NCBI GenBank assembly: GCA_964016885.1
Contig: CAXHJY010001150.1
Location: 124,001 to 188,000, forward strand
Direction: 5' to 3'
From: Eledone cirrhosa
Taxonomy: Eukaryota
DNA length: 64,000 nucleotides
In this document: in pieces, positions 43,054-57,894 of the stretch
Layout: the number at the start of each line of letters is the position of its first letter
Numbering within the stretch: position 1 is the first letter of the stretch
Translations under genes and position numbers: made by a program
Notes under the pieces: generated by a model
What the model saw: only the letters and a program-made list of their open reading frames with translations
Database searches by the model: none
Told to the model about the DNA's origin: nothing

Positions 43054-43091
<38 letters not shown>

Positions 43092-43121
43092 AGATCAAAA
43101 GATGGTTAAAGGAGTTCCATG

Positions 43122-43192
43122 TATTTTATTATGCGCATTTCAAAAACAAACATCATCATGCAATAATATTTGTGTTTTCATCAGATAAAACA
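43122..43192 (-). ncRNA. Type I hammerhead motif (family A) in the 3' pLTR
   Basis: Same core as 42953 on the minus strand. Confidence 0.85.
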
Positions 43193-44000
43193 GGAGGACA
43201 TGATATGAAGGCTAAAAAACACTTGTGGATAGTGCAGTTTTAAATCAACATATGAAAAGTAATTTTAGATTGATGTGTGATATTGGGAAAATATTTTGTT
43301 TAGAGAGGGGGGGTGGAAAGGATGAAAAATAGGGGAGGAGATGAGAGTGGAGAGGGAGAGATGGGTGATAGAGAGAAAGAGATAGTTTTTATAACTGAGA
43401 AAAGATATATTGTTTTACATAGAGAGGTTGAAAACCATTGGAAGATAATGTATAAATTAAAAGAATTTGAAAATTAACGAAGGGAAAAATATGTACGAAG
43501 AAGGAGAGGGAGTTAATATGTATTGAGATTAAAAAGTTTGATGATAGAGAGAAAAGAATAATGTATTGCGGATGAATATTCTAACGTCAAAAAAAATTGT
43601 GTGTATGTTTACAAGTATTATGGAAATTTGAAAATTAACGAAGAGAAAAAATTATTAAGGTTTGTGTATTGAAGGATTTGAGAAAAATAATGTGAAGTTA
43701 AGGTTTGTATATTGAAGGAATTGATAATATGTGCGAAGAAAGAGTTAATATGTATTAAGAATGAGTTAGATGATGGGAGAAAAAAATAATAAATTAAGGA
43801 TGAATAATCTAGCGTCAAAAACAAATGTATATGTTACGAAGGATTTTACAAGGTGAAGATAGAGTGAGGGTAATGAGTAAACAAGTATTATAGAGTGTAT
43901 AATACCCTTTGAAGTAAGGTAGGAAGATGGGTATATTTTAAAAGAGGTGTATGTATATGTGCCTTTGAGAAAAGATTCTAAATTGATAAAGAATTGAATA

Positions 44001-45063
44001 TTAGCTGTATACTTTGTGAAAAGTCTTATGGAATTTATGCAAGCAGATAGAAAACAAATCTGTACGTCTATTTATTATAGAATCTAGATTAGAGATAATG
44101 GTAAATTTTTCATTTAGGCAGAGATTACAGATTTTAGATAGAGAGCTGTTCAAGTATGAAGACGCAGAAGAAACCTTCTTCCAAAAGATGGTATATTTAA
44201 TGTTTTTGTCTTTCAAGGACCATATGAGTTCTGAGAGAGCCGTGTTGGTTCTTTTAAGTTTGTATTTAAAAGATGAATGATGATTATAGAGACGAGCTTT
44301 AAAAGAGGTGGAAGTGGAGCCAAAATAGGTGAAGGAATTGGTGCTAGTTATAACTTTACATTCATAAATTAAGTTTTTATCAAGACAATGGTTGTTGAGA
44401 GGACATTTATTTTTAATGCGGCAGTTACAATTAGAGAGATTATTAGTGAGTGACCTAGTGTTATCTATAGAAGGAATTGGATTGGAGAAGTTGTTTGCGA
44501 TAGGAATAATAGTTTCTTGATTTAGAGTTGGATTATGAACATTTAGCGAAGTTGTGTTTGACGTTGTATTTGGGTTTACAGAAATTAGCCTAGGGTTTAC
44601 AATGACGTCGGGAGTACTATTACTGTTATTATGAAATTCAGTGTTGGAAGGAAGAGATTTAGTATTTAGTATTTTATTGTTGTGTTTAGAGATAATTGTT
44701 TCTACTTTAGGCACAAGGCCAGCAATTATCCAGTGCATTACTGGTACTTTATTTTATCGACCCCGTAAGGATGAAAGGCAAAGTCAACCTCGGCGGGATT
44801 TGAACTCAGATCGTAAAGGGACGTAACTATGCTGGAAAGCGTGGCGTCCGACCCTCTACCGATACTGCCAATCCACAGCACAGTTGTGTTTAGAGATAAT
44901 GTTGGAAATATTGGAGGATGTAGAATAAGAAAATTTTATGGTGTGTTTGTTAAATATTTTACTATAGATATGTGAGGGAGGGAAGCATTTATTTAAGGCA
45001 CTAAAGAATAATTTAGGAATATTGTTATTAATAGAGATGGAGAAAGGAGCATTATACCAGATT
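44001..45063 (-). pseudogene. PLE GIY-YIG region, interrupted by a SINE
   Basis: WYNAPFS..KIFNKHTIKFSYS..ISKHN|NKILNTK..CNCRIKNKCPL..C..IYEC..YFGSTSTSFKARLYNH..TALSELIW..CNLCLNEK..CLH. Confidence 0.92.
44697..44882 (-). mobile_element. Complete SINE insertion (Nin/Deu-like core) with 18-bp TSD
   Basis: TSD GTTGTGTTTAGAGATAAT at 44679-44696 and 44883-44900; B-box GTTCAAATCC on the minus strand. Removing it restores the PLE reading frame. Confidence 0.88.
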
Positions 45064-45265
45064 ATACTATCTCTTTCTCTCTATCACCCATCTCTCCCTC
45101 TCCACCTTCACTCTCATCTCCTCCCCTATTTTTCATCCTTTCCACCCCCCCTCTCTAAACAAAATATTTTCCCAATATCACACATCAATCTAAAATTACT
45201 TTTCATATGTTGATTTAAAACTGCACTATCCACAAGTGTTTTTTAGCCTTCATATCATGTCCTCC

Positions 45266-45336
45266 TGTTTTATCTGATGAAATCACAAATATTATTGCAT
45301 GATGATGTTTGTTTTTGAAATGCGCATAATAAAATA
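45266..45336 (+). ncRNA. Type I hammerhead motif (family A) in the inverted pLTR, sense to OTC
   Basis: TGTTTTAT-CTGATGA(45274)..GAAA(45317)-TGCGCA-TA-ATAAAATA. Confidence 0.85.
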
Positions 45337-45462
45337 CATGGAACTCCTTTAACCATCTTTTGATCTTATATATTATGTATACTCCAGTCCTACAAACTGT
45401 AGAGTGCTTCTTATCCGATATCTGCATTGCTTTATTGTACTACAATAAAACTCACCTCCTAC

Positions 45463-45500
<38 letters not shown>

Positions 45501-45537
45501 ATATTTATATATATATTTATATATATATTTATATATA

Positions 45538-45569
<32 letters not shown>

Positions 45570-45761
45570 TCGTTTCTGAATTTGTTTAGCAAGATTCTTT
45601 ATCTGAAATCGTGTGTTGAAACCGATATTGTTATACTTTGGGAGGGTCATGTTGCCAATAAGAAACACACACACCAGTTGCTTTCACTTCAATTTATTAT
45701 ATATTTAAAATGGCGTAGGATAGAAGAAAGAAAAGGCACAGAAACGAAGAAAGGAATCCCC

Positions 45762-45806
45762 AGTCACTGAAGAGGTCACAGAGTGTGTGACGAAAGGACT
45801 ATGACT
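45762..45806 (+). ncRNA. Minimal type I hammerhead motif (family E), sense to OTC
   Basis: AGTCA-CTGAAGA-G-GTCACA/TGTGAC-GAAA-GGAC-TA-TGACT; lies between inverted repeats 45625-45710 and 45884-45966. Confidence 0.75.
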
Positions 45807-45989
45807 ATATATATAAACAACTATCTGGTTGTGGAACCAACCAACCAACCAGAAATTTATAAGTTTGTAGATTTATAAATTTATAAATATATAATAAATT
45901 GAAGTGAAAGCAACTGGTGCGTGTGTTTCTTATTGGCAACATGACCCTCCCAAAGTATAACAATATATATATATATATTTATATATATT

Positions 45990-46022
<33 letters not shown>

Positions 46023-46073
46023 ATTTATATATATATATATTTATATATATATATATTTATATATATATATATT

Positions 46074-46104
<31 letters not shown>

Positions 46105-46111
46105 ATATTTT

Positions 46112-46142
<31 letters not shown>

Positions 46143-46277
46143 ATATTTATATATATATTTATATATATATTTATATATATATTTATATATATATTTATAT
46201 ATATATTTATATATATATATTTATATATATATATATTTATATATATATTTATATATATATTTATATATATATATATT

Positions 46278-46312
<35 letters not shown>

Positions 46313-46397
46313 ATTTATATATATATTTATATATATATTTATATATATATATATTTATATATATATTTATATATATATTTATATTTATATATATATT

Positions 46398-46502
<105 letters not shown>

Positions 46503-46509
46503 ATATATA

Positions 46510-46556
<47 letters not shown>

Positions 46557-46650
46557 TTATATATATATATATATTTATATATATATTTATATATTTATAT
46601 ATTTATATATTTATATATTTTATATATATATATTTATATATATATATATT

Positions 46651-46682
<32 letters not shown>

Positions 46683-46696
46683 TATATATATATATT

Positions 46697-46730
<34 letters not shown>

Positions 46731-47081
46731 TATATATATATATTTAAATTTATATATATATATTTATATATATTTATATTTATATATATATATATCATCA
46801 TCATCATCATCAACGTTTAACGTCCGTGTTCCACGCTTGCATGGGTTTGGGTAGTCCCACATGGGGGTAGTCCCACTTGAGGCAAGAGTGATTGTCTTGC
46901 TTGCATAGGACTGTCTGGCAGGTTTTCTACAGTTGGATGCCCTTCCTAACACCAACCACATTTACAGTGTGGGTCTGGGAGGTGTGCTAACACGGCCACA
47001 TTACAGCGTGGACTGTGTGTTTTTTTGTCGTGACACCTACACGATCTCATTTGTTTCGGCCTCGATGGCCGAATATATATT

Positions 47082-47112
<31 letters not shown>

Positions 47113-47125
47113 ATTTATATATATA

Positions 47126-47458
47126 TCATCATCATCATCATCATTTTACGTCCGCTTTTCCCTGCTTGCAAGGGTGGGACGAGAACTAATTCTGGCTTGA
47201 TTTCTACAGCTGGATGCCCTTCCTAACACCAACCTCATTTACTGGGTGCTTTTTTGCCGTGGCACCTCCACGACCACTTTGCAGTGGACTGATATGGACC
47301 CCAGTCCCTATCATCTCATTTCTACAGCTGAGTAAACTGGAGCAATGTGAAATAAAGTGTCTTGCTCAAGGAAACAACACATCACCCGGTCTGAGAATTG
47401 AACTCACAACCTTTCGATTGCAAGGCCAATGCTCTAACCACTAAGCCATGTGCCTCCA
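47126..47458 (-). mobile_element. Full tRNA-derived SINE (second copy at 55840-56185)
   Basis: Minus strand has A box TGGCTTAGTGG, B box GTTCAATTC, TCCTTGAGCAAGACACTTTA core and a (GAT)n tail. Confidence 0.85.
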
Positions 47459-47619
47459 CTATATATATATTTATATATATATATATTTATATAAATATAT
47501 ATATATATTATATATATATATATTTATATATATATATATTTATATATATATATATTTATATATATATATATTTATATATATATATATTATATATATATAT
47601 ATTTATATATATATATATT

Positions 47620-47650
<31 letters not shown>

Positions 47651-47681
47651 ATTTATATATATATATATATTTATATATATT

Positions 47682-47736
<55 letters not shown>

Positions 47737-47821
47737 GTATATATTTATATATGTATATATTTATATATATATATATTTATATATATATATATTTATATAT
47801 ATATATATGTATATATATATG

Positions 47822-47854
<33 letters not shown>

Positions 47855-47895
47855 GTATATATTTATATATATATATATTTATATATATATATATT

Positions 47896-47928
<33 letters not shown>

Positions 47929-48097
47929 ATATGTATATATTTATATATATATATATTTATATATATATATATTTATATATATATATATTTATATATATAT
48001 ATGTATATATTTATATATATATATATTTATATATATATATATTTATATATATATATGTATATATTTATATATATATATATTTATATATATATATATT

Positions 48098-48170
<73 letters not shown>

Positions 48171-48173
<3 letters not shown>

Positions 48174-48466
48174 TATGTATGTATGTATACGTACATACAT
48201 ATATGTATACAGACGTACAGTAGTATATGCACACATATATATATATATATGCACGTATTGGTTGAACAAAAAAGTGACGTGGTTGCCTAAACACTGTATG
48301 GCGTAATTCGAGCTCTTTGTTTGTTTAAAAACAAACCGAACATTATAATAAATGTTCGGTAAACCGATACGTGCATATATATATATGTGTGCATATATGT
48401 ATATATATACATACTACTGTACGTCTGTATGCATATATGTATGTACGTATACATACATACATACTT
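48171..48466. mobile_element. MITE-like inverted repeat
   Basis: 48171-48263 pairs with 48362-48466 (AGACGTACAGTAGTAT/ATACTACTGTACGTCT). Confidence 0.65.
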
Positions 48467-48524
48467 ACATTTAAGTAACTGCCGTACTAAGAGTGATAAA
48501 TGAAATTTCGTTTCATTCTATTCC

Positions 48525-48766
<242 letters not shown>

Positions 48767-48773
48767 GTATATA

Positions 48774-48950
<177 letters not shown>

Positions 48951-48973
48951 CTATATATATGTATATATCTATA

Positions 48974-49004
<31 letters not shown>

Positions 49005-49604
49005 GGTCAGGTCACCAGTTGGTGCTACTGGTAACATGTATCCCAGTACAACCTGTCTCATGGTCGGGTCGTTGGCGACTAAACTGGCAACCCCACCAAG
49101 GTTTCTTGGTGAGGAGGGTGACTTTGGACATCCTGCAGGACTAAAAACAAAACCTGTCAAAGCAGCTCTTAAGAGTCAATGGCTATCCAAAATCACCGGG
49201 AGAGATGACCCTTAGCCTTTGTCAAGGCAGAATTCTAGGAGAAGGAAAACTCTGATATAACACCCGCAACCCTGATGGTATCCAATGATGTTGACTTGTT
49301 CTTCTTTTGGTAAATATCATCTTGGTTAAGAGAGTGGGACTGGCTTTGTGCAGTGCCTTTGCTCACTATAAAAGCTTCACGGCACAGGCATTGCTTTATA
49401 TCTGGAGATCTCTCTGCACTTGTCGTCACATGGTACCATGGGCCCTGCACTATGTGTCAGTAATTGTCACAAGTGTACTGTTTGTACCAGAGTTTTCAAG
49501 TCGCTGGCTGGACTAAAAAGTCACACTCGTTCAGCGCATCGGTAGGGGTTCTCCTACATGGATATAAAGTAATGGCCATACTCGAAAACGAGTTGGCAGC
49601 CACC

Positions 49605-49605
<1 letters not shown>
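49005..49605 (+). mobile_element. RTE-related non-autonomous element
   Basis: TTCTAGGAGAAGGAAAACTCTGATATAA; homologous to 41430-41785. Confidence 0.5.
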
Positions 49606-49668
<63 letters not shown>

Positions 49669-49669
49669 G

Positions 49670-49762
<93 letters not shown>

Positions 49763-49763
49763 G

Positions 49764-49885
<122 letters not shown>

Positions 49886-49892
49886 TATATGT

Positions 49893-50520
49893 TGTTTACT
49901 CGAGAGAAGGCTACGTTGGTATGGACACGTGATGCGCATGAAAGTCGATAGCTGTATAACAAAGTGCAGGGCAATAAAGATAGACGGTAGTCACGGAATA
50001 GGCAGACCTAGAAAAACCTGGGACGAGCTGATAAACTCCGGCATCACACACTTACACCTCTCCAAGACAATGTCACTGGACCGAGACCTTTGGCGGTACT
50101 CAGTAACAGAGAAGACCCGCCTTACCTAAATATATAGTAAAACCTACTCCAGCCAGTAGGCATCTCTAACAAAATACACCCCGTCCCACCACCCCCACCC
50201 CCACCCCATCCACACCACCCCGTTCTATGTAAAGTTATGTTGGTGCCGCGCCATCCAGGCCGAAACCAATGAGATCGTGTAGGTGTCACGACAAAAAAAC
50301 ACACAGTCCACGCTGTAATGTGGTCGTGTAGGCAACACGGTAAAAACCTCCCAGACCCACACTGTAAATGTGGTTGGTGTTAGGAAGGGCATCCAACTGT
50401 AGAAAACCTGCCAGACAGTCCTATGCGAGCAAGACAATCACTCTTGCCTCAAGTGGGACTACCCCCGTCCAAACCCATGCAAGCGTGGAACACGGACGTT
50501 AAACGTTGATGATGATGATG
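49893..50520 (+). mobile_element. RTE LINE 3' end plus SINE-type tail
   Basis: [25 protein letters not shown]; ends GGACGTTAAACGTTGATGATG. Confidence 0.85.
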
Positions 50521-50717
50521 ATATATATATATATACTTTAACTTTAATTATATCTCATAAAATAATACAACTGGTTTTTCCACATTATACATATTGTTAG
50601 CACCCCAAACACTTAAATTGGGTTTATATTTAAATATAACCTAATGTTTGTTGAGTGAGATGGTTACCAGTCAGAGTTTAGCTTTAAACTATCTCTGTTA
50701 TTGTATTAAATATATAT

Positions 50718-50760
<43 letters not shown>

Positions 50761-50762
<2 letters not shown>

Positions 50763-51131
50763 GGCATACGTCAAAATGGCCGGTCTCAAAAGTGAAACTA
50801 ATTTTTGACTGTTACGTACACGTTATAAGAGTTATTTAAATTTATATATATAAAATAAAGGAGCAAATAAGAGCATGATATGAAGTCAGTCATGTGTGTG
50901 TATATGTGTGTGTGTGTGTAAAATTCTAGGAAACCTTATCTATGCCCTACATATATTCTTTTACATTCATTTACACACACACACACATATACACACACAT
51001 GACTGACTTCACATCATGCTCTTATTTACTCCTTTATTTTATATATATAAATTTAAATAACTCTTATAACGTGTACGTAACTGTCAAAAATTAGTTTCAC
51101 TTTTGAGACCGGCCGTTTTGACGTATGCCAT
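50761..51131. mobile_element. MITE with ~160-bp terminal inverted repeats inserted in (TA)n
   Basis: ATGGCATACGTCAAAA..; arms 50761-50922 and 50970-51131 are near-perfect. Confidence 0.8.
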
Positions 51132-51138
51132 ATATATG

Positions 51139-51185
<47 letters not shown>

Positions 51186-51186
51186 G

Positions 51187-51220
<34 letters not shown>

Positions 51221-51244
51221 TACATGTATATATATATATACATG

Positions 51245-51372
<128 letters not shown>

Positions 51373-51376
51373 CATG

Positions 51377-51416
<40 letters not shown>

Positions 51417-51579
51417 TACATGTATATATATATATACATGTATATATATATATACATGTATATATATATACATGTATATATATATATATACATGTATATA
51501 TATATATATACATGTATATATATATATATACATGTATATATATATACATGTATATATATATACATGTATATATATATAC

Positions 51580-51702
<123 letters not shown>

Positions 51703-51733
51703 CATATATATATATACATATATATATATATAC

Positions 51734-51862
<129 letters not shown>

Positions 51863-52127
51863 TACATATATATATATACATATATACATATATATATATA
51901 TACATATATACATATATATATATATATACATATATATACATATATATATATACATATATATACATATATATATATATACATATATATACATATATATATA
52001 TACATATATATACATATATATATATACATATATATATACATATATATATACATATATATATACATATATATATACATATATATATACATATATATATGTA
52101 CATATATATATGTACATATATATATAC

Positions 52128-52316
<189 letters not shown>

Positions 52317-52429
52317 CATATATATATACATATATATATACATATATATATACATATATATATACATATATATATACATATATATATACATATATATATG
52401 TACATATATATATACATATATATATGTAC

Positions 52430-52506
<77 letters not shown>

Positions 52507-52733
52507 CATATATATATACATATATATATATACATATATATATATACATATATAAATATACATATATATATATATACATATATATATATACATATATATA
52601 TATATACATATATATATATACATATATATATATATACATATATATACATATATATATATATACATATATATACATATATATATATATACATATATATACA
52701 TATATATACATATATATATATACATATATATAC

Positions 52734-52782
<49 letters not shown>

Positions 52783-52838
52783 TATACATATATATATATG
52801 TATATATATATATGTATATATATGTATATATATATATG

Positions 52839-52883
<45 letters not shown>

Positions 52884-52884
52884 G

Positions 52885-52931
<47 letters not shown>

Positions 52932-53020
52932 GTATATGTATATATATATATGTATATGTATATATATATATGTGTATATATATATATATGTATATATATA
53001 TATGTATATATATATATATG

Positions 53021-53069
<49 letters not shown>

Positions 53070-53122
53070 GTATATATATATATGTATATATATATATGTA
53101 TATATGTATATATGTATATATG

Positions 53123-53348
<226 letters not shown>

Positions 53349-53438
53349 TATACATATATATAATGAACGAAATGTGGTAAGGAACCAAGTGGACCATAAC
53401 GCACCAAAGTACTCAATACTTGGGTAGTAGAGTGGGTA

Positions 53439-53469
<31 letters not shown>

Positions 53470-53569
53470 CTTAAGCATCCCCCATCACAAAACGGTTAAA
53501 GAAGCTCTGGTAAATAAATAAATATTTTAATTATTGAATAACTTTTATATTTTCATGTAACATGCAACA

Positions 53570-53925
53570 TAGAGTTACGGCCCTTTGCGGACCGAGTTAA
53601 AATCCAACCGATGTTAACTCTGCCTTTCATCCTTACGGGGTCGATAAATTAAAGTACCAATAACGTACTTGGTCGATTCAATCGACTTTCTCCCCCCCCC
53701 CCCCCCAAAAAAAAAAATTACTGACCTTGTGCCTATACTAGAAATCAATGGCAGTATCGGTAGAGTCGGACACCATGCTTTCCAGCATAGTTACGTCCTT
53801 TTACGGTTTTAGTTCAAATCCCGCCGAGGTTTACTTTGCCTTTCATCCTTACTATGTCGATAAAATAAAGTACCAGTAATACACTGAGATAATTGCTGGC
53901 CTTGTGCCTAAAGTAGAAACAATTA
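53570..53925 (+). mobile_element. Two tandem Nin/Deu-like SINE copies
   Basis: GTTCAAATCCCGCCGAGG..CTTTGCCTTTCATCCTT..GTCGATAAAATAAAGTACCAG. Confidence 0.8.
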
Positions 53926-56900
53926 TTTTCATGTATACATGATCTTCTTTGCCCACTTATTCTTGAGAGAGTTTAGGGGGCAGAGTCCTCAAACACTTCT
54001 TCCAGTGGATCCTGTTAGAAGCAACCTACTCCAACAAATCATTAATAGAAACACTAATAACATTTTGCCACGTGTATTTATGTAGATAAGAAGTAAATAC
54101 AGTACTGTTAGTTTCAGTACCTTTACTTTGTTGCTTTTTTCCCTACAATGTTAAAATAGGAAACAACCAAGCTATGATCAAATGCATTCCAATCATAACC
54201 ATCTCATCTTAAGACTACATTATCCAATGTGTCTTTTCCTTTTTTAAGACAGTAGATTGGATTCAAGGGAGATTTCACTGCTATTTCTAACAGTGTGAGT
54301 GTCCACGTTGAGGTTTACTCTTTATAGTGAGTTGCATATTGCTATATATAGCATGAGTGCTCCAATTGCTGCAGTTTCTCATTTAATGAGGTTGGTAATT
54401 TGATATCAATATTTAATACTGCCTATAAGAAATTTATTTTCTGGTATTATCATTATCATCATCGTTTAATGCTATTTTCCACCATGCTAGTATGGGTTAG
54501 ATATGTTATCCCATTTGAGACAAGGCAGATTATGTGACCGTGTCTTGCTCATACAGAACTGTTTCTGGTCTGGTTTATATGGCTAGTAGCCCTTCCTAAT
54601 GTCAATTACATTCAAGTGTGGGCTGGGTGCTTTTAGGTTGTGACACCTATATGACTACTTTACAGTGTGGACTGGGTGCTTTTTATCAAGCGCCTTAATA
54701 ACCACTTTGCAGTGTGGGCTGGGTGCTTTTTGTTGTGATACCAACACAACTACTTCACAGTGTGGACTGGGTGCTGTTTGTCGTGTCACCAACACGAGGA
54801 CTTTACAGTGTGAACTGGGGGCTGAGGCAGGGTGTGTGTGTAAAGACATGGGTAAAAGGTAGCATGTTAGGGCATGGGAGGTATATATGGAAGGGGAGAA
54901 GGAGGATAGGGGTAAACTGGTGCATACGAGATGTATATGGTAGATATAAGAATTGAAAACTAATGATTTCCAATTTAGGAATAAGGACAGTAATTTTTAA
55001 AGAGACAGGGACATTGATGAAATCAAGTTCTTGATTGGTACTTTATTTTATCAACCCCAAAAGGATGAAAGGTAAAGTTGTCTTTGGCATGGCAGGATGT
55101 ACAGAGCTGAAACAAATGTCATAAAACATTTTACTCAACACTCTAATGATTCTGCCAACCCACCACCCTCAGAAGTGAAAAATAAACTAGTTTATGTTTG
55201 CAACTTATTTAATCCACATCAGGATTTGAATTCAAAACAAACTCTGACAATTCCCCTAATCCACTGCCCTAGACTTTGTTTTATTGACTCTGATAGGATA
55301 AAAGGCAAAGTTGACCTCAGTGGGATTTGAACTCTGGGAATTAGAATAAATAATACAAGGTATTGTGATCTACGTTTCATTGACTCTACCAATTCATTTT
55401 TAAGTTTTAATCATATTTCTGATCAATAATTTTATATCATTTAAATAGATTATGCCTCTAATTTTAATACTATTGTCATGATGCAAAATGAAATAACAAA
55501 AGGCTTTATAATTCATTCATTTCATATATATCATCATCATCATTGATTTTATCTTGATTTTTCTATAGTGGCATGGGTTATATGAGACTTTATGAGGCAA
55601 TATTTTACAGCTGCACAGAGGGCTTATAATGTCCTCATTTAGTAAAGAAAATGAAAGTTCTACCTTAAAATCCTTAATTAGGGGTAAAACTAGATAGTAG
55701 GCCAAAATCTGAATTCAATCAAAAGTTATGCTACCTTGAATATGACCTAAAAATCAAATGTAACACATTACACCTGTACAGTTAGTGTTTTACAAAACTC
55801 ACTATCTTAAAGTATATACTCAAATATATATATATACTATCATCATCATCATCATCATCATTTTACGTCCCCTTTTCCCTGCTTGCCAGGGTGGGATGGG
55901 AACTGATTCTGGCTTGATTTCTACAGCTGGATGCCCTTCCTAACACCAACCTCATTTACAGTGAGTGCTGGGTGCTTTTTTGTCATGGCACCTCCACGAC
56001 CACTTTGCAGTGGAATGATATGGACCCCAGTCCCTATCATCTTATTTCTACAGCTGAGTAAACTGGAATAATGTGAAATAAAGTGTCTTGCTCAAGGAAA
56101 CAACACATCACCCGGTCTGAGAATTGAACTCACAACCTTTTGATTGCAAGCCCAATGCTCTAACCACTAAGCCATGTGCCTCCAGTATATATACACAAAT
56201 ATAAGCCAAGGAATATATGACCAAGAAATTGATGGGGAGTCAGCTTATATTTGGGGTCAATATTTTGACGATTTTCACCAACTTCAAATTCTTTGTAAAT
56301 AAGGTTTGGATTTTTGCCCATTTCTCAGTTGGCTTATATTCAAGTTTATATAGTAATTTAAAATTATTAAACAACACCACTAGACAGTCTACATTTTGCC
56401 ATGTTTTGGAATGATAAAATTTTAAGAAAAAAAAACATTATTTTACAATACTAAGTTGAATTTAGAAATCGTCTGTTTGAAATTGGCTTTTGAGCTGAGA
56501 AATGGCATATTTTCATCAATTTTTTGGCTCAGAATTTCACTTATGAGTTCAAATAACATAAAATCTAGATGTGTGCTCATACTAAACTTTACTATGTTCT
56601 GAAAGCCCTCAGAACAATATAAGTTTTGGTATGAGTACTTCTCTAGATTTTAAGCTATCAGTAGATATATGTGATCGGAAGTCAGAGATTTAAGGGGGTA
56701 AAAAAATGACCCAATTTTAGAAAGAAAATTTTCATGCATAAGATTTTAAACACCTCAAAATTGATGTAAAATGGGTGCACTAATTTTGAATGGTATTTGC
56801 ACCTGTTTTGGCATCAAACAAAGCTCATTGGGAAATGTGAGGGTTTGAAAGCTAGTGAATATTGGGGGAAAAGGAGGAAAAATAAGAAAAACACATCAAA

Positions 56901-57097
56901 ACTCTGAAAAGTCGTAAAATTTGAAGTCCATCATTTTCAATAGGGACAAGCAACTGGACACAATGCTGTAAACCCAGATCTTATCCTGTTGTATAACTCC
57001 TTATGTTACGTGACTATGTTATTTATAGTTTGAAATATCATCCTAGTATCCTTGTATAGGTTATTCTAATTGAAAAAGGATCAACTACTTTCTTTAA

Positions 57098-57327
57098 CCC
57101 TTTAACATTTAAACTGGCCGTATCTGGCCAGAATTCTCTCACCTCTTTCTGTTCAAACTGGCTGTTACTGGCCACTCATATCATTGTTAAGGTATCGTCG
57201 TTAAGGTTCTCAAAATAAATAATATCAAAATCTGATAGATTCGATATTATGTGAGATAATTTTGTGAGATAAAAAGCTTTTACCATGAAAATATAATAGT
57301 AAATAAAGTAATGCAAATGCTAAAGGG
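57098..57327. mobile_element. piggyBac-type MITE
   Basis: TTAA|CCCTTTAACATTT...AAATGCTAAAGGG|TTAA. Confidence 0.7.
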
Positions 57328-57612
57328 TTAAAAAGAAAAAAAAAACCTTTTCAACCAGCCACCTCTGCAGAAAATATACAAAACTCGTACTCTGCAAGTC
57401 CACTGGAAGAGGGTAGTGTCAACTATGTTAACTAGCCATATGCAGGGCCTCTGAGAAATATTTTATAAAGTGGAACAACTGTTTTCAGGTCCAGAGGGTG
57501 GAAGGGTATTCTTGTCAATGTTGAAAGGTGTTTTGGAGAGTAGTGGGCAGTGTTAGATATTGATGAGTATAATTTTAATTGTATATTTTCTACCTGTTTT
57601 TAATTTTGGTAG

Positions 57613-57724
57613 CTCACTTCTGGGAAGAGACTTTGATACTTTGAGGTATTACCAACCAGATGAAATTCAGCAACTATTATGGACAGCAAACGATTTAAAG
57701 ATTCGCATCAAGAAAGACAAGGAG
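57613..57724 (+). CDS. OTC: OTC exon 2 (SLLGRDFDTLRYYQPDEIQQLLWTANDLKIRIKKDKE)
   Basis: TAG acceptor and GT donor; similar to vertebrate LKGRDLLTL..LWLSADLK. Confidence 0.9.
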
Positions 57725-57894
57725 GTTGGTATATGTTATTTACACAGAAAATTATTTAACGTATTAATGGAAGCATAATGGCAACAGTGTTGAACTTGTT
57801 TAAATTTTTGGTGTCAAGGATTCGTATGCCACAAACACCAATATACCAGGATTACTGGATACACTTAGCTTTGTCCATCTATGAAGAGCGTGTC

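Larger units (their letters stand above)
42636..43061. mobile_element. Non-coding family-A pLTR palindrome (~340 bp perfect, 42722-43061)
   Basis: Centre CAACAT^ATGTTG at 42891/42892; each arm holds a complete hammerhead; flanked by (TA)n. Confidence 0.9.
43082..45463 (-). mobile_element. 5'-truncated PLE (family A) with 3' pLTR and an inverted pLTR at its 5' end
   Basis: 45066-45375 is the reverse complement of 43082-43387; the GIY-YIG ORF lies between them. Confidence 0.92.

Noticed and set aside
47380-47458. tRNA gene
   Set aside because: A/B boxes run into a SINE body and tail, there are multiple copies and no clean cloverleaf.
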